DNA of 64,000 bases, taken from positions 64,550-128,549 of the forward strand of contig JAAYBR010000106.1 of the NCBI GenBank assembly GCA_012730045.1, given 5' to 3'. A model generated the notes under the pieces. It searched no databases and had not been told where the DNA came from. It was given only the letters and a program-made list of their open reading frames with translations. The DNA is from Candidatus Hydrogenedentota bacterium (GTDB lineage: Bacteria > Hydrogenedentota > Hydrogenedentia > Hydrogenedentales > CAITNO01). Within the stretch, counting starts at the first letter, position 1, and each line of letters begins with the position of its first letter. The translations under genes and the position numbers were made by a program. Below, piece by piece: positions 8,706 through 18,596 of the stretch.

Positions 8706-10421
8706 GTGCCCGCTGTTTGGCGACAGGCGCTTCGCCTGATGGAGGAGGCCTTCTCTCCCCCCACCGCCGGGGCTTGGCTCCGCATGCTGGACGCTCCGGG
8801 ATCCCTCCGCCGCAACATGACGGCCGTCTACGGCGGCGGACGGCTGCTGGAGGAACGGACTGCCCTGGTCGCCGCCGTGGTGCGCCGTTTCCTGGAAACA
8901 CATGGAGACCAGCCCCTGCGCATCTTCCGTTCGCCGGGCCGCATCAATCTCCGGGGCATGCACGTGGACACCCACGGCGGCCGTCTGAACCTCATGACGC
9001 ACCACCGCGAGACCGTGGTGGCCGCCGCCGCGTCGGGAAGTTCCCGGTGCCATTTCGTCAACCTTGAGCCCGCCTATGGGGAGGCCCGGTTTGAGCTTGC
9101 CGACGGCCTGCGCGACCTCTCCGGCATTCCATGGGACACGTATATCGGAACACCCCGGGTCACCGCCCGGGTCCGGGAGCGCAGGACATCGCGGGGGGGG
9201 GACTGGGCGAACTATTTGGAGGGCGCCTGCCTGAGGACGGTCCGCGAGCTGCCTGCGGAATCCGCCCGGGGCCTGCTGGCCGCCGTGGGCAGCGACCTCC
9301 CACGGGGCGCCGCGCTGAGTTCCTCCGCCGCCCTGTGCGTCTCCGTCCTCCTCGCCATGCATGCGCTGAACGGTTTGCCCTCACCCCCGGAGGCGTTGAT
9401 CCGCGCGGAACAGGACGCGGAGTGGTTTGCCGGCGCGCGGGTCGGCATGAGCGACCAGGGGGCCATGATTCTCGGGCAGAGGGGGCGCCTGCTAAACGCC
9501 GCTTTGTTTGCCGAGGATTTCTGTCTGGAGGATGCCGTCCACCACGACTGGCCGGAGGGGTGGGAGGTGCTGGTGGTGAACTCGCATACCCGCCGCGCCC
9601 TGAGCGGGGCCCAACTGGTGGACTACACGCGCAACCGTTTTGCCTACTCGATGGCGATGCACGTCCTGCGCCGCGCGATGCTGGAGGTGGGCGTCGCGCC
9701 GGAACGGGTCCAGACCATGGACCGGCTCCCCCGCATCACCCCGGACGCCTTCGGCGGTGTCTCCGGACTCTATGCGCTCCTCGCGGCGGTGCCCGAGGAC
9801 ATTTCGCTGGACGCGCTGGCGGACCGCTATGCCCCCCCCGCCATGGGGGAGACCTACGAGAAGTATTTCGGGGCCGTTGATCCGGCCCTGCGCCCGACAC
9901 ATATCCGCCTGCGCGGCCCCCTGGCCTTCGGGCTTGCGGAGTCCGAAAGGGCACGCACCTTTCCGGAGTTTCTGCGACGGGACGACGCGGCGGGGGCGGG
10001 ACGCCTGATGTCCATCGGGCATGACGGCGACCGCGTCTGCGATGCTCTGGGACACCCCCGCACCTGCGACCTGTCCAACGCCGCCCTCGCCCGCATGGCC
10101 GGGGCCAACGCGCCTCTGGCGGACTGCCCGGGGGCCTACGGCGCGAGCAGCCGGGTGCTGGACTTTCTGGTGGACGGGGCTTTGGAGGCGGGCGCCCTGG
10201 GTGCCTGTCTCACCGGCGCGGGCATTGCCGGCGCGGTGCTGGTCCTCTGCCGGCGGGAAGACCATGGCCGTATCGCCGACGCGCTCAGAAACCGCCTCGC
10301 CTCCGGCGCCTACCGGGAGAGGGGAGGCCGGGAGACGCCCCTGACCCCGGCCGAACTCGAGGCGGCAGTGGTGGTCAACCGCTCCACTGCGGGGGCCTGC
10401 GAAATCCTTCCCGAACCCTGA
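8706..10421 (+). CDS. GHMP-family sugar kinase, galactokinase-like (long form)
   Basis: It carries the galactokinase signature (SPGRINLRGMHVDTHGG) and GHMP motif 2 (RGAALSSSAALCVS). The N-terminus is extended (571 aa from the first ATG). The true start could be at 8787 or 8817. Confidence 0.75.
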   Translation: MPAVWRQALRLMEEAFSPPTAGAWLRMLDAPGSLRRNMTAVYGGGRLLEERTALVAAVVRRFLETHGDQPLRIFRSPGRINLRGMHVDTHGGRLNLMTHHRETVVAAAASGSSRCHFVNLEPAYGEARFELADGLRDLSGIPWDTYIGTPRVTARVRERRTSRGGDWANYLEGACLRTVRELPAESARGLLAAVGSDLPRGAALSSSAALCVSVLLAMHALNGLPSPPEALIRAEQDAEWFAGARVGMSDQGAMILGQRGRLLNAALFAEDFCLEDAVHHDWPEGWEVLVVNSHTRRALSGAQLVDYTRNRFAYSMAMHVLRRAMLEVGVAPERVQTMDRLPRITPDAFGGVSGLYALLAAVPEDISLDALADRYAPPAMGETYEKYFGAVDPALRPTHIRLRGPLAFGLAESERARTFPEFLRRDDAAGAGRLMSIGHDGDRVCDALGHPRTCDLSNAALARMAGANAPLADCPGAYGASSRVLDFLVDGALEAGALGACLTGAGIAGAVLVLCRREDHGRIADALRNRLASGAYRERGGRETPLTPAELEAAVVVNRSTAGACEILPEP

Positions 10422-10427
10422 CCGCCC

Positions 10428-11537
10428 TCAGTCCGCCGCGCCCACATGCCTCCTGAGCAGCGCCGCCACGGTGTCAATCTGCGCGTCCGTGAGTTCGGGA
10501 TAGACGGGCAGGGCGAGCACCTCGCCGCAGGCTTTCTCCGCCACCGGACAGGAGACGCCTTCTGTGTGCGCGGCAAAACACGCCTGCCGGTGAAGGGGAA
10601 CGGGGTAGAACACCCCGCAGCCGACCCTCTCCGAATGAAACAGCGCCTTGGCCGCATCCCGGCGGGGGATGCGCACGACATACTGGTGGTAAATGTGCCG
10701 GCACCCGGGAAGCTCGACGGGAAGAACTATCGAATCCGTGCCTTCCAGGGCCTCCGTGTACCGCCGCGCATGGTCGCGGCGCGCATCGTTCCACCGGTCC
10801 AGATGGCGCAGTTTCACCCGCAAAACGGCGGCCTGCACGGCCGGAAGATGGCTGTTGACCCCCACCATCTCATGCACATACGCCGCGCGCGCGCCGTGGC
10901 AGCGCAGCAGCCGTATCTTGTCGTCCAAGGCGGGGTCGTTCGTGAGCACCATGCCGCCCTCGCCGGCAGCCCCCAGGTTCTTCGTCGGGTAGAAACTCAC
11001 CGCGGCGGCCCAGCCGAGGGATCCCACCCTGCGCCCGCTGTGCGAGGCGCCCAGCGCCTGCGCGGCGTCCTCAATGACGGGAATGCCATGCCGCCTGCCC
11101 AGGTCCAGCAGGGCGTCCATGTCCGCGCAGTGCCCGAAAAGATGCACGGGAACGATGGCCCGCGTGCGCGGGGTGATGAGCGCCTCCACGGCGGCGGGGT
11201 CCAGCGTCAGGGTGTCGGGGCGCACATCGGCAAACACCGGAACCCCGCCGGCGTTCACAATGGCCGCCGCCGTGGCGAAAAAGGTGAACGGCGTTGTGAT
11301 CACCTCCTCCCCCGGCTTCAGCTCGAGGGCGCGGAAGAGGAGATACAGGGCGTCCGTGCCCGAGGCCACGCCCGTGGCGTGCCCGCATCCCGTGTACGCG
11401 GCCATCTCCGCCTCGAAGGAGTCCACCTGCGGCCCGCCGCGGAAGAGCTGCGATTCCAGCACCTCCCGCACGGCCGCCTCGACCTCTTCGCGGATTTCCG
11501 CGTACTGCGCCTTTAAATCCAACAGGGGAACCCGCAT
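10428..11537 (-). CDS. DegT/DnrJ/EryC1/StrS-family PLP-dependent sugar aminotransferase
   Basis: Translation MRVPLLDLKAQYAEIREEVEAAVREVL... is family-typical: GPQVDSFEAEMAAYTGC..ATGVASGTDAL, then a PLP Lys region (SFYPTKNLGAAGEGG). The start was set at the ATG 11535-11537; upstream in-frame codons in the track are discarded. Confidence 0.85.
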   Translation of the reverse strand: MRVPLLDLKAQYAEIREEVEAAVREVLESQLFRGGPQVDSFEAEMAAYTGCGHATGVASGTDALYLLFRALELKPGEEVITTPFTFFATAAAIVNAGGVPVFADVRPDTLTLDPAAVEALITPRTRAIVPVHLFGHCADMDALLDLGRRHGIPVIEDAAQALGASHSGRRVGSLGWAAAVSFYPTKNLGAAGEGGMVLTNDPALDDKIRLLRCHGARAAYVHEMVGVNSHLPAVQAAVLRVKLRHLDRWNDARRDHARRYTEALEGTDSIVLPVELPGCRHIYHQYVVRIPRRDAAKALFHSERVGCGVFYPVPLHRQACFAAHTEGVSCPVAEKACGEVLALPVYPELTDAQIDTVAALLRRHVGAAD

Positions 11538-11691
11538 GATGCCGTGTCTCCGAAAAAAAGAAGCGTTTTCCCTCCCCGGGATTATGATAGCAAACATTCG
11601 GGGGCCCGGGCATCCCGCCACCGTCCCGCACATGCCATGAAAGGACGTGTTTCTGGTATGATCACCGGGGTGTAAACGGAGTACTCGTCCC

Positions 11692-12537
11692 ATGCACAGC
11701 GAAAACGCCTTCAAGACCGGGAACGGGTTGGAACTTTACGCGCAGCAATGGCTTCCAGACTCCACGATTCGCGCGCGCCTGGTGCTTCTCCACGGCTTTG
11801 GCGACCACAGCAGCCGCTATGCGCATGTTGCCGCGCACCTCAACACGGCCGGTGTCGCCGTGCACACCTATGACCAGCGGGGGCACGGAAAATCCCCCGG
11901 ACGCCGGGCTTATATCTCGCGGTTTGAAGATTTGCTGGAAGACTTGGACGCTTTTCTCAAGTGGTCGGCAACAGACCTCGCGGATGCGCCGCTCTTCCTC
12001 ATGGGGCACAGCATGGGGGGAATGGTCCTCACGCGCTACGCGCAGACCCGCACCGTTGACGCCGCCGGACTCGTCTTCAGCAGCCCCTTCCTGGGCTTTC
12101 CCGACAACGTGCCAAAGATTCTCCTGAAACTTGCCTCTGTGCTGTCCGCGGTGCTTCCGGGCCTTCCGGTGGGCGGGGTGGACAATCGGGGGCTTTCCCG
12201 CGTCGCCGGAGTGGTGTCCGCCGCGGATGCCGACCCCCTCGCGTTTCACGGCCGCGTGGCCGCAAAAACAGGGGCGCAGTTCCACGAAACCATCCAGACG
12301 GCGGAGAAGAACTACGGGGCGATCACCCTGCCCGCGCTGGTTCTGCACGGAGAGGCGGACCGGGTGGTGCCCTGCGCCGGCGGCGTGCGCCTTTTTAAGG
12401 ACCTGGGATCCCCCGACAAAACCCTCCGGCTCTTCCCCGGCGGGTATCATGAGCTCTGGAACGACCTGGATCAAGAAGCCTTTCTGCGCGAGGTGACCGG
12501 CTGGATAGGCGCGCGCGCCGCGGCGCCGTCCGCATAG
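11692..12537 (+). CDS. alpha/beta hydrolase, lysophospholipase/monoacylglycerol-lipase-like
   Basis: 281 aa with an HGFGDHSSRY oxyanion region, a GHSMGG nucleophile elbow, and C-terminal LHGEADRVVP plus His. Confidence 0.8.
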   Translation: MHSENAFKTGNGLELYAQQWLPDSTIRARLVLLHGFGDHSSRYAHVAAHLNTAGVAVHTYDQRGHGKSPGRRAYISRFEDLLEDLDAFLKWSATDLADAPLFLMGHSMGGMVLTRYAQTRTVDAAGLVFSSPFLGFPDNVPKILLKLASVLSAVLPGLPVGGVDNRGLSRVAGVVSAADADPLAFHGRVAAKTGAQFHETIQTAEKNYGAITLPALVLHGEADRVVPCAGGVRLFKDLGSPDKTLRLFPGGYHELWNDLDQEAFLREVTGWIGARAAAPSA

Positions 12538-12597
12538 TTTTTCACAGGACAACACCGCCGCCCCCCGCGCGGCATGGAAACCACGGGAGACCGGAAC

Positions 12598-13584
12598 ATG
12601 CGACATATGATGACTGCGCTGATCTTGGCCGGCGGCCTCATGGCCCTCCCGGCCGTTGGGCAGGAAACCCGCGTCGGCGTGCTGACGGACGGAATCACCG
12701 ACACTTGGAACAATGTCCGCGCGCTCTGCGGCGAGGCCGCGACGGAAGGGGGGGCGGTGCTCGATTTTCGCATGCCCTCACCCGCCACCATTGAACAGCA
12801 GAACGCCATTGCGGAGAAGATGGTGCAGGACGGTGTCAAGGCCCTTGCGGTGTGCCCCATTGACCCGCAGGCGCAGGCCGGACAACTGAAGGCTCTGGCC
12901 GCGAAACTGCCCCTCATCCTTCTGGAGCGGGACGCCCCCGACTCCGGCCGCGCCTGTTTCATCGGGACCGACCACCGGGAGGCGGGCCGCCTTATGGGAG
13001 AGGTGACGAAGGAAGCCCTGCCGCCGATGATCCGGGTGCTCCTCTTCACTTCCGGAGAGGCCTCCGCAGCGGAGACGGCCCGGCTGGAGGGGCTCAAGGC
13101 ATCCCTGGAGAAAGGCCAGTACTTCATCCTTGAGGTCATCGAAGACAAGGGGGACAGGGGCATCGCGGGCGCGCGCGCCGTGGAAGCCCTCAAGAAGCAC
13201 CCCGAGGTCGGAGGGTACTTTGGAACCATGCCCTACCACGCCGGCGTGCTTCTCGGCGCGGTGCGCGCTGAAAAACGCGAGCGCATGGTGAGCGTCATCG
13301 CCTACGGAAACACCCCGGAAGGCCGGGACGGTCTGGCCACCGGCGGTGTGTTTGCGGTGGTCCGGCCCGATCTTCCGGACCTGTCCAAGAAGCTGTACGG
13401 GGCCCTTTCCGCGTTGTCCAAGGGGGAAACGCCGCCGGATCTTCCCGAAAACCGCTGTTATTCCGCGGGACTTCTCGTCGAAAAAACGGAGAAGCCGCGC
13501 AACCTGGAGGACATCGCGGATGCGCTGCAAATACCTCGGGTGCTTGAAGAGACTACGGTTGTCCCAAGACCCTCCTTCGAGTGA
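12598..13584 (+). CDS. periplasmic sugar-binding protein (type I PBP, LacI/ribose-binding-like), orphan
   Basis: It has a Sec signal (MRHMMTALILAGGLMALPAVGQE) and a PBP1 fold signature (RVGVLTDGITDTWNN...). A GGGAG RBS precedes the ATG at 12598. No ABC permease or ATPase lies nearby. Confidence 0.7.
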   Translation: MRHMMTALILAGGLMALPAVGQETRVGVLTDGITDTWNNVRALCGEAATEGGAVLDFRMPSPATIEQQNAIAEKMVQDGVKALAVCPIDPQAQAGQLKALAAKLPLILLERDAPDSGRACFIGTDHREAGRLMGEVTKEALPPMIRVLLFTSGEASAAETARLEGLKASLEKGQYFILEVIEDKGDRGIAGARAVEALKKHPEVGGYFGTMPYHAGVLLGAVRAEKRERMVSVIAYGNTPEGRDGLATGGVFAVVRPDLPDLSKKLYGALSALSKGETPPDLPENRCYSAGLLVEKTEKPRNLEDIADALQIPRVLEETTVVPRPSFE

Positions 13585-15784
13585 GGAGGTCGCCTGCGTA
13601 ACCATTGGCGCAAAAGCGCTGGCCGAATGGCCGCTTTCGGATGATCCGGCGGAGAAGGCGTGGCGGGATGTGTCCGCCCTCAAGGAGTTGGGGGCGCGCG
13701 GCCTCGTGCTTTCCGGCGACTTCACGGGAATACGACGGATTGACAATCTTGACGAGGAGAAGCCGGGCTTCTGGGCACCCCTGAGTTCCCTGGATGCCGG
13801 GGAGCAGCGCCCTTTCCCGCTCAGCACCGGCCGGTTCCCGATCCTCGAAATCACCTACAAGTTCCTCAGCTCCCGGGCGCACGCCGAACTGGTCTGTTTC
13901 TACAGCGGCGGCGAGTGCGTCCACCGGCTCGACCATGCCTCGGACTGGACCACCGCCGCGGTGCTCCTGCATCACCGCGGTTTTCCCGACAGCGTCACCG
14001 GGGTCGCGGTCCGTCTCTACGCGCACAAGCGCACCGAGGAATCCATCGAAATAGAGTCCCTGCGCTTCCGCGCCATGACGCCTGCGGAGAAAGAGGCCTG
14101 GAAATCCTCATGCACCGCCGAAGCGCGGCGAAAAGCCCCGCCCGGCGTGGCCGCCCCGGCCGATTTCTTTCCTTTCGGGGTCTTTCTAAACGCGGCCACG
14201 GCGCGCAAGCTGGCCGACCTCATGGAGATCCCCTTCGCCGACTACTGGCGCCTCGCACTGGAGGACATCGCCCGCCATCACCACAACTGTGTTGTGGTGG
14301 AAAAGGCGGAGGCCCTCGGGCGCGGCTACGGCAAAGAGCTGGAGAGCCTCGCGCAAAGCCTCAACATCAAGGTCGTTCCCCTCTTCGGAATGCCCCTCAG
14401 CTCGCCGGAGCGTCTCTGGAAACGTCTGGCGGACACGCTGGTCAAGGACTTTGCCTCCTCCCGGGACGTGCTTGCCTGGGGGATCAGTGAGGCCCCCGAC
14501 GAGAGCGACGTGGACCAGTGGCGGAGGTTCTGCAACGCGTTCCGGAACGCCGACACCACCCATCCCCTGACCACGCCTTTCCGGCACCCCGGAACCCTGC
14601 CCGCCTTCTCCTCCTGCATGGACGTGGACTGGTTCCATTTCTTCAAGTCCTACTGTCCCTGGAAGATTGGAGGTGCCGTGCGCGCCCATCTTGCCGTCGG
14701 GGAGGGCAGGGCCCTCTGGGTCACGGCGCCCGCTTTTGTGGACGCGAGCGGCGCCCCGGAATGGAGCTCCGGGCCCGAAATGCGCCTGATGATCAACCAG
14801 GCCCTGGCCAGCGGGGCGCGGGGTTTCTTCACCTACGCCTACCACAACAGCCCCCTCTGGGACGGAGGCCACTGCGAGCGCTCGCTCACCGGCCCCTTCC
14901 TCACCTTCAGCGACCTGTGGGCCGAACTGGGAAACCGGGTGGAGCGTTTCTCCGCCATGGCGCCCCTGTTTCTCAACTCCGTCCCCAACGACGGCGAGCC
15001 CCCCTTCAAACTCGGGCTTTCCTCCCGGGCAAACCCCCGGTCCAGGGTCCCCGCGGACATGCCCCTCGTCCAAGTGCTGTGGATGCGCTCCCCGGACTTC
15101 CACCTGTGTTATCTGGTCAGCAACGACGCCGACCAGTCCGTTTCGGTCAATCTGGAGTTTCCCTCTTTCCTTCCAAACGGCATGGAAATATACGACGTCA
15201 CCGCCTTTGTCCGCAGCCGCATCTGGGCGCCCGCGGAGAAAACCCGGCATCTCGAGATGTTCCCGGGGCAGGGACAGCTTCTCTTGGTGGGGGATCCGGA
15301 GGGCTGCTCCCGCTGGCGCGACATCATCGCGGAGCGCATTCTGGAGGAGGACCGGCGCCAGGTGATGGTGGACATCGACCTCGCGCGGAAGTACCGCCTG
15401 GACGTGGCGGACATTGAGACCACCATCCTCGACGCCCCGCCGGGTGCGCCCCTGGAGGCGCTCCTGCATGTGCATGCGGCGCGGGACCGGCTGACAAACC
15501 TTATCTACACCACGCCCACGCTCACAGAGGCGCGCAGCATGCTCATCAAGGCAAGCTCCATCGTCTGCGGATGCGATGAGGCGCTCAGCGCCCTGTACGG
15601 CGCGGGAAAGAAGGACAGCGCCCACGAACTCGGCGTCAAGGTGGAGCCCCTGGCCAAAAACCTGACCCAGTTGCGACTGCGACTGCGCAGGGGCTACGGC
15701 ACCTCCGTGGCCCGGTCGTGCGGGGAACTCGTGAACAAGGGAACGGCGGTCCTGAAGGAAATCTGGTCCAAGAACGAGGAGTAG
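13520..15784 (+). CDS. large hypothetical protein (about 750 aa), possibly a glycoside-hydrolase-like TIM-barrel protein
   Basis: It is a long ORF with protein-like composition and no signal peptide. The segment ...ASGARGFFTYAYHNSPLWDG... is reminiscent of GH families. The ORF opens at 13346 inside the upstream gene. The first in-frame ATG after that is 13520, so the start is uncertain and overlaps the upstream gene. Confidence 0.5.
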   Translation: MRCKYLGCLKRLRLSQDPPSSEEVACVTIGAKALAEWPLSDDPAEKAWRDVSALKELGARGLVLSGDFTGIRRIDNLDEEKPGFWAPLSSLDAGEQRPFPLSTGRFPILEITYKFLSSRAHAELVCFYSGGECVHRLDHASDWTTAAVLLHHRGFPDSVTGVAVRLYAHKRTEESIEIESLRFRAMTPAEKEAWKSSCTAEARRKAPPGVAAPADFFPFGVFLNAATARKLADLMEIPFADYWRLALEDIARHHHNCVVVEKAEALGRGYGKELESLAQSLNIKVVPLFGMPLSSPERLWKRLADTLVKDFASSRDVLAWGISEAPDESDVDQWRRFCNAFRNADTTHPLTTPFRHPGTLPAFSSCMDVDWFHFFKSYCPWKIGGAVRAHLAVGEGRALWVTAPAFVDASGAPEWSSGPEMRLMINQALASGARGFFTYAYHNSPLWDGGHCERSLTGPFLTFSDLWAELGNRVERFSAMAPLFLNSVPNDGEPPFKLGLSSRANPRSRVPADMPLVQVLWMRSPDFHLCYLVSNDADQSVSVNLEFPSFLPNGMEIYDVTAFVRSRIWAPAEKTRHLEMFPGQGQLLLVGDPEGCSRWRDIIAERILEEDRRQVMVDIDLARKYRLDVADIETTILDAPPGAPLEALLHVHAARDRLTNLIYTTPTLTEARSMLIKASSIVCGCDEALSALYGAGKKDSAHELGVKVEPLAKNLTQLRLRLRRGYGTSVARSCGELVNKGTAVLKEIWSKNEE

Positions 15785-15792
15785 GCCCGCCG

Positions 15793-17091
15793 TCAGAACA
15801 CCGGCGCGGCGGCGCCATGCCGCGAGACCAGAATCCGGCGGGCCTCCCCCGCCGCATAGATGGACCCGCACACCAGAAGAGGCGTCTCATCGGTGGCGCG
15901 CGCCATGCCCGCCTCGAGCGCCTCGGACAGGCCGGGGCACGAAATGTGCGGCGTTCCGCCCGCCAAGCCGGACAGTTCCTCGACGGAAAGGGACCGCGCG
16001 CCCGTGTAGGCGGTCAGGATGAGGGGAAACGCCGCCGGGCGGATGATTTCGAGCATCTTCGCGGCCTCTTTGTCCGAGGAGACGGCAAAGACCACCACCG
16101 CCCGCGGGAAGGACGCCGCCAGAGTCTCCATGCCGTCCGGGTTGTGCGCCACGTCCAGAAACACCGGCGGCGCATCCAGCACCTTCTCCATCCTCCCGGG
16201 CCACCGCGTTTCAGCCAGTCCCCGGGCGATGTTGGCGCCGGAAACGGGCCCGAGGGGAGGGGGGAGGAGGGCGGCGGCCAGCGCGGCGATGGCGGCGTTG
16301 CCCGCCTGGTGCGCCCCCGAAAGGCCCAGGGGAACCTCTTCCAGTTCAAGCGCCCCGTGGCGGAGGGTTAACCGGGGGGCCATGGGTGTCCCAGAAACGG
16401 AAAACGCGTAGTCCTGTCCCGCCATGAGCAGCGGTGCCCCGACCTCGCGCGCCCTCTCCCGGACCACCGCCGCGGGCCCCCCGGGCAGGAGGCCCGTGAC
16501 GCAGGGCACGCCGGGCTTGAGAATGCCCGCCTTCTCGAAGGCGATTGCCTCCAGCGTGTCACCGAGATAACGCGTGTGGTCCAGTGCGATGTTTGTGATG
16601 CCGCACAGTTCAGGCCGCAGCACATTGGTGGCGTCGTGGCGCCCGCCCATGCCCGTCTCCACCACCGCCGCATCCACACGCTCATCGCGAAACCACCCGA
16701 AGGCGATGGCGGTGTTCAGCTCGAAGAACGTCGGGGGGGAGGGCATCCCCGAGGCAACCTCCCTGAACCGGAAGACCTGGTCCCGAAGACACTCTTCGGA
16801 AATGGGAACGCCGTTGATCTGGAAACGCTCCCGGATGTCCAGGAGGTGCGGGCTGGTGAACTTCCCCACACGAAAACCCGCCCGACGGAGGATGGTGTCC
16901 AGAAACGCGGCCGTGCTTCCCTTGCCGTTGGTCCCCGCCAGATGAACGGAGGGGCAGGCCCCTTCCGGATTGCCGGCGCCGTCAAGAAGCGCCCGAATGT
17001 TGTCCAGGCCCAGCTTGACGCCGTGCAGGATGAGGTCGGAAAGATAGTCCCGCCAGGGGGTCCCGTCGGAAACCAAGTCCATATGCCGCAT
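15793..17091 (-). CDS. folC: bifunctional folylpolyglutamate synthase / dihydrofolate synthase
   Basis: 432 aa with a P-loop (HLAGTNGKGST) and Mur-ligase family architecture. Confidence 0.9.
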   Translation of the reverse strand: MRHMDLVSDGTPWRDYLSDLILHGVKLGLDNIRALLDGAGNPEGACPSVHLAGTNGKGSTAAFLDTILRRAGFRVGKFTSPHLLDIRERFQINGVPISEECLRDQVFRFREVASGMPSPPTFFELNTAIAFGWFRDERVDAAVVETGMGGRHDATNVLRPELCGITNIALDHTRYLGDTLEAIAFEKAGILKPGVPCVTGLLPGGPAAVVRERAREVGAPLLMAGQDYAFSVSGTPMAPRLTLRHGALELEEVPLGLSGAHQAGNAAIAALAAALLPPPLGPVSGANIARGLAETRWPGRMEKVLDAPPVFLDVAHNPDGMETLAASFPRAVVVFAVSSDKEAAKMLEIIRPAAFPLILTAYTGARSLSVEELSGLAGGTPHISCPGLSEALEAGMARATDETPLLVCGSIYAAGEARRILVSRHGAAAPVF

Positions 17092-17145
17092 GGCGCACCC
17101 TGTCCCCCGGCCCCCGGAACCGCCCCGGGAGGGCCGGCCGAGCGT

Positions 17146-17862
17146 TCACTCCGCCTGCCGGGGCTCCGCAATGTTCCCCGGGAAATACAGGAGCCGTCCG
17201 CAGTGCTGGCAGGCGTGGTACTCCTTCTCCCCCATGATCTCGTTCACAATCTGCGCGCGCACGGTCATGAAACAGCCGCCGCAGGACTCGTCGTTGAGGG
17301 GAACCGCGGCGGGTTTTCGCACGGTCCGGATCCGCTCATACCGCTTGAGCAGGGAAGGGGAGACCGCATCGGCCAGGGGCCCGCGCCGGCTCTCAAGCTC
17401 CTTGCGCTCCTCCACGGCCACCGCAAGCTCGTCGTCAATGCGCGCGCATTCCTCGTCCAGTTTGCGCACCTCCCCCTCGATCCGCTTCTTGTCCTCATGG
17501 AACCGCATCTGCGCGTCGTCAATCTCGAGCATGATCCCCAGGATGCGCTCCTCCCTGAGGGCGATTTGCTTGCGCTGCAGCTCGATCTCGTGCAGGAGGG
17601 CGCGGTACTCCTCGTTTTTCTTCACCTGGAGAAGCTGCGTCTCGAGCTTTGCGATCTGCGCGTTCTTCTGGTCAATGTCAACCTCGCACTCCTTCTGCTC
17701 GGTCTTGAACGTCTTGACCCGGTTCTCGCTCTCCTTCAGCTCCTCCGTCAGCCGGACCCGCTGGATGTTGTAGGCCTCCTTCTGCCGGGGAATCTCCTTC
17801 TCCCGGGCGCGGAACGCCTCAATCTTCAGGTCAAGCTGCTGCAGTTCCAACAACGCTCTCAC
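17146..17862 (-). CDS. zinc-ribbon domain protein (COG1579/DUF164-like coiled-coil plus C4 zinc ribbon)
   Basis: 238 aa. A long coiled-coil (LELQQLDLKIEAFRAREKE...) is followed by CGGC...CQHCGR cysteine pairs. Confidence 0.7.
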   Translation of the reverse strand: MRALLELQQLDLKIEAFRAREKEIPRQKEAYNIQRVRLTEELKESENRVKTFKTEQKECEVDIDQKNAQIAKLETQLLQVKKNEEYRALLHEIELQRKQIALREERILGIMLEIDDAQMRFHEDKKRIEGEVRKLDEECARIDDELAVAVEERKELESRRGPLADAVSPSLLKRYERIRTVRKPAAVPLNDESCGGCFMTVRAQIVNEIMGEKEYHACQHCGRLLYFPGNIAEPRQAE

Positions 17863-17901
17863 TGTCCAATCCCTCCGGGGGCCGCCGCCCGTTGTGTCAT
17901 T

Positions 17902-17934
17902 AAAAGAAAAAGGCGCGGCCGTGATGACCGCGCC
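17902..17934 (-). terminator. Rho-independent terminator downstream of ilvH
   Basis: On the minus strand: GGCGCGG-tcatcacgg-CCGCGCC (7-bp GC stem) followed by TTTTTCTTTT, about 140 nt after the ilvH stop. Confidence 0.5.
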
Positions 17935-18073
17935 CTGTGTGCGCCCGCGTGCTGCGAGTACACGGCGTCCCGCGTCCCTTCTTCGGGCCGCACGACACTG
18001 TCCGTGCGGTGTTCCGAAGCCCTGGGGGCCCGGCCGCGCGCCGTCCGCCGCATTTCACAGGAAGAAACCACCC

Positions 18074-18592
18074 TCACTCCTCCCCGGAGGCCGCGCCGCC
18101 GCCCCGCGATGAGCGGGCCAGGGCGACCGTGCCGGTCCGGACCAGCTCCTCGATCCCGTAGGGGCGCAGCATTTCGATGCAGGCGTTGACCTTGCCCTGC
18201 GCCCCCGTGACCTCCACCGTCATCGTCTTCTGGTCGAGGTCCACAATCTTCGCGCGGAAAATGCTGGCCAGTTCGATGATCTCGCCGCGCCTCTTCGCGC
18301 CCGCGCCCACCTTCACCATGACCAGCTCCCGCTCCACAAAGGAGGTGTTCGTCAGGTCCTCCACCGCCACCACGTCCACCAGCTTGTTAAGCTGCTGCAT
18401 GATCTGCGCCAGCACCGTGTCGTCCCCGCGGACGGTGACGGTCATCCGGGAGACGGACGGGTTCTCCGTCTCGCCCACGCACAGGCTGATGATGTTGTAG
18501 CCGCGCGCGCTGAACATCCCCGACACGCGCGCGAGAACGCCAAACTGGTTGTCCACCAGCACGCAGATCGTGTGCTTCTTGTTCATCGGCAT
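18074..18592 (-). CDS. ilvH: acetolactate synthase small (regulatory) subunit, ACT domain
   Basis: 172 aa. MPMNKKHTICVLVDNQFGVLARVSGMFSARGYNIISLCVGETENPSVSRMTVTV is canonical for the AHAS small subunit. No ilvB/ilvI gene is adjacent. Confidence 0.8.
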   Translation of the reverse strand: MPMNKKHTICVLVDNQFGVLARVSGMFSARGYNIISLCVGETENPSVSRMTVTVRGDDTVLAQIMQQLNKLVDVVAVEDLTNTSFVERELVMVKVGAGAKRRGEIIELASIFRAKIVDLDQKTMTVEVTGAQGKVNACIEMLRPYGIEELVRTGTVALARSSRGGGAASGEE

Positions 18593-18596
18593 GACA

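Noticed and set aside
13346-13519. Upstream start (13346) for the 812-aa ORF
   Set aside because: It would overlap the periplasmic-binding-protein gene by 240 nt in a different frame. The first in-frame ATG is at 13520, and even that start remains uncertain.
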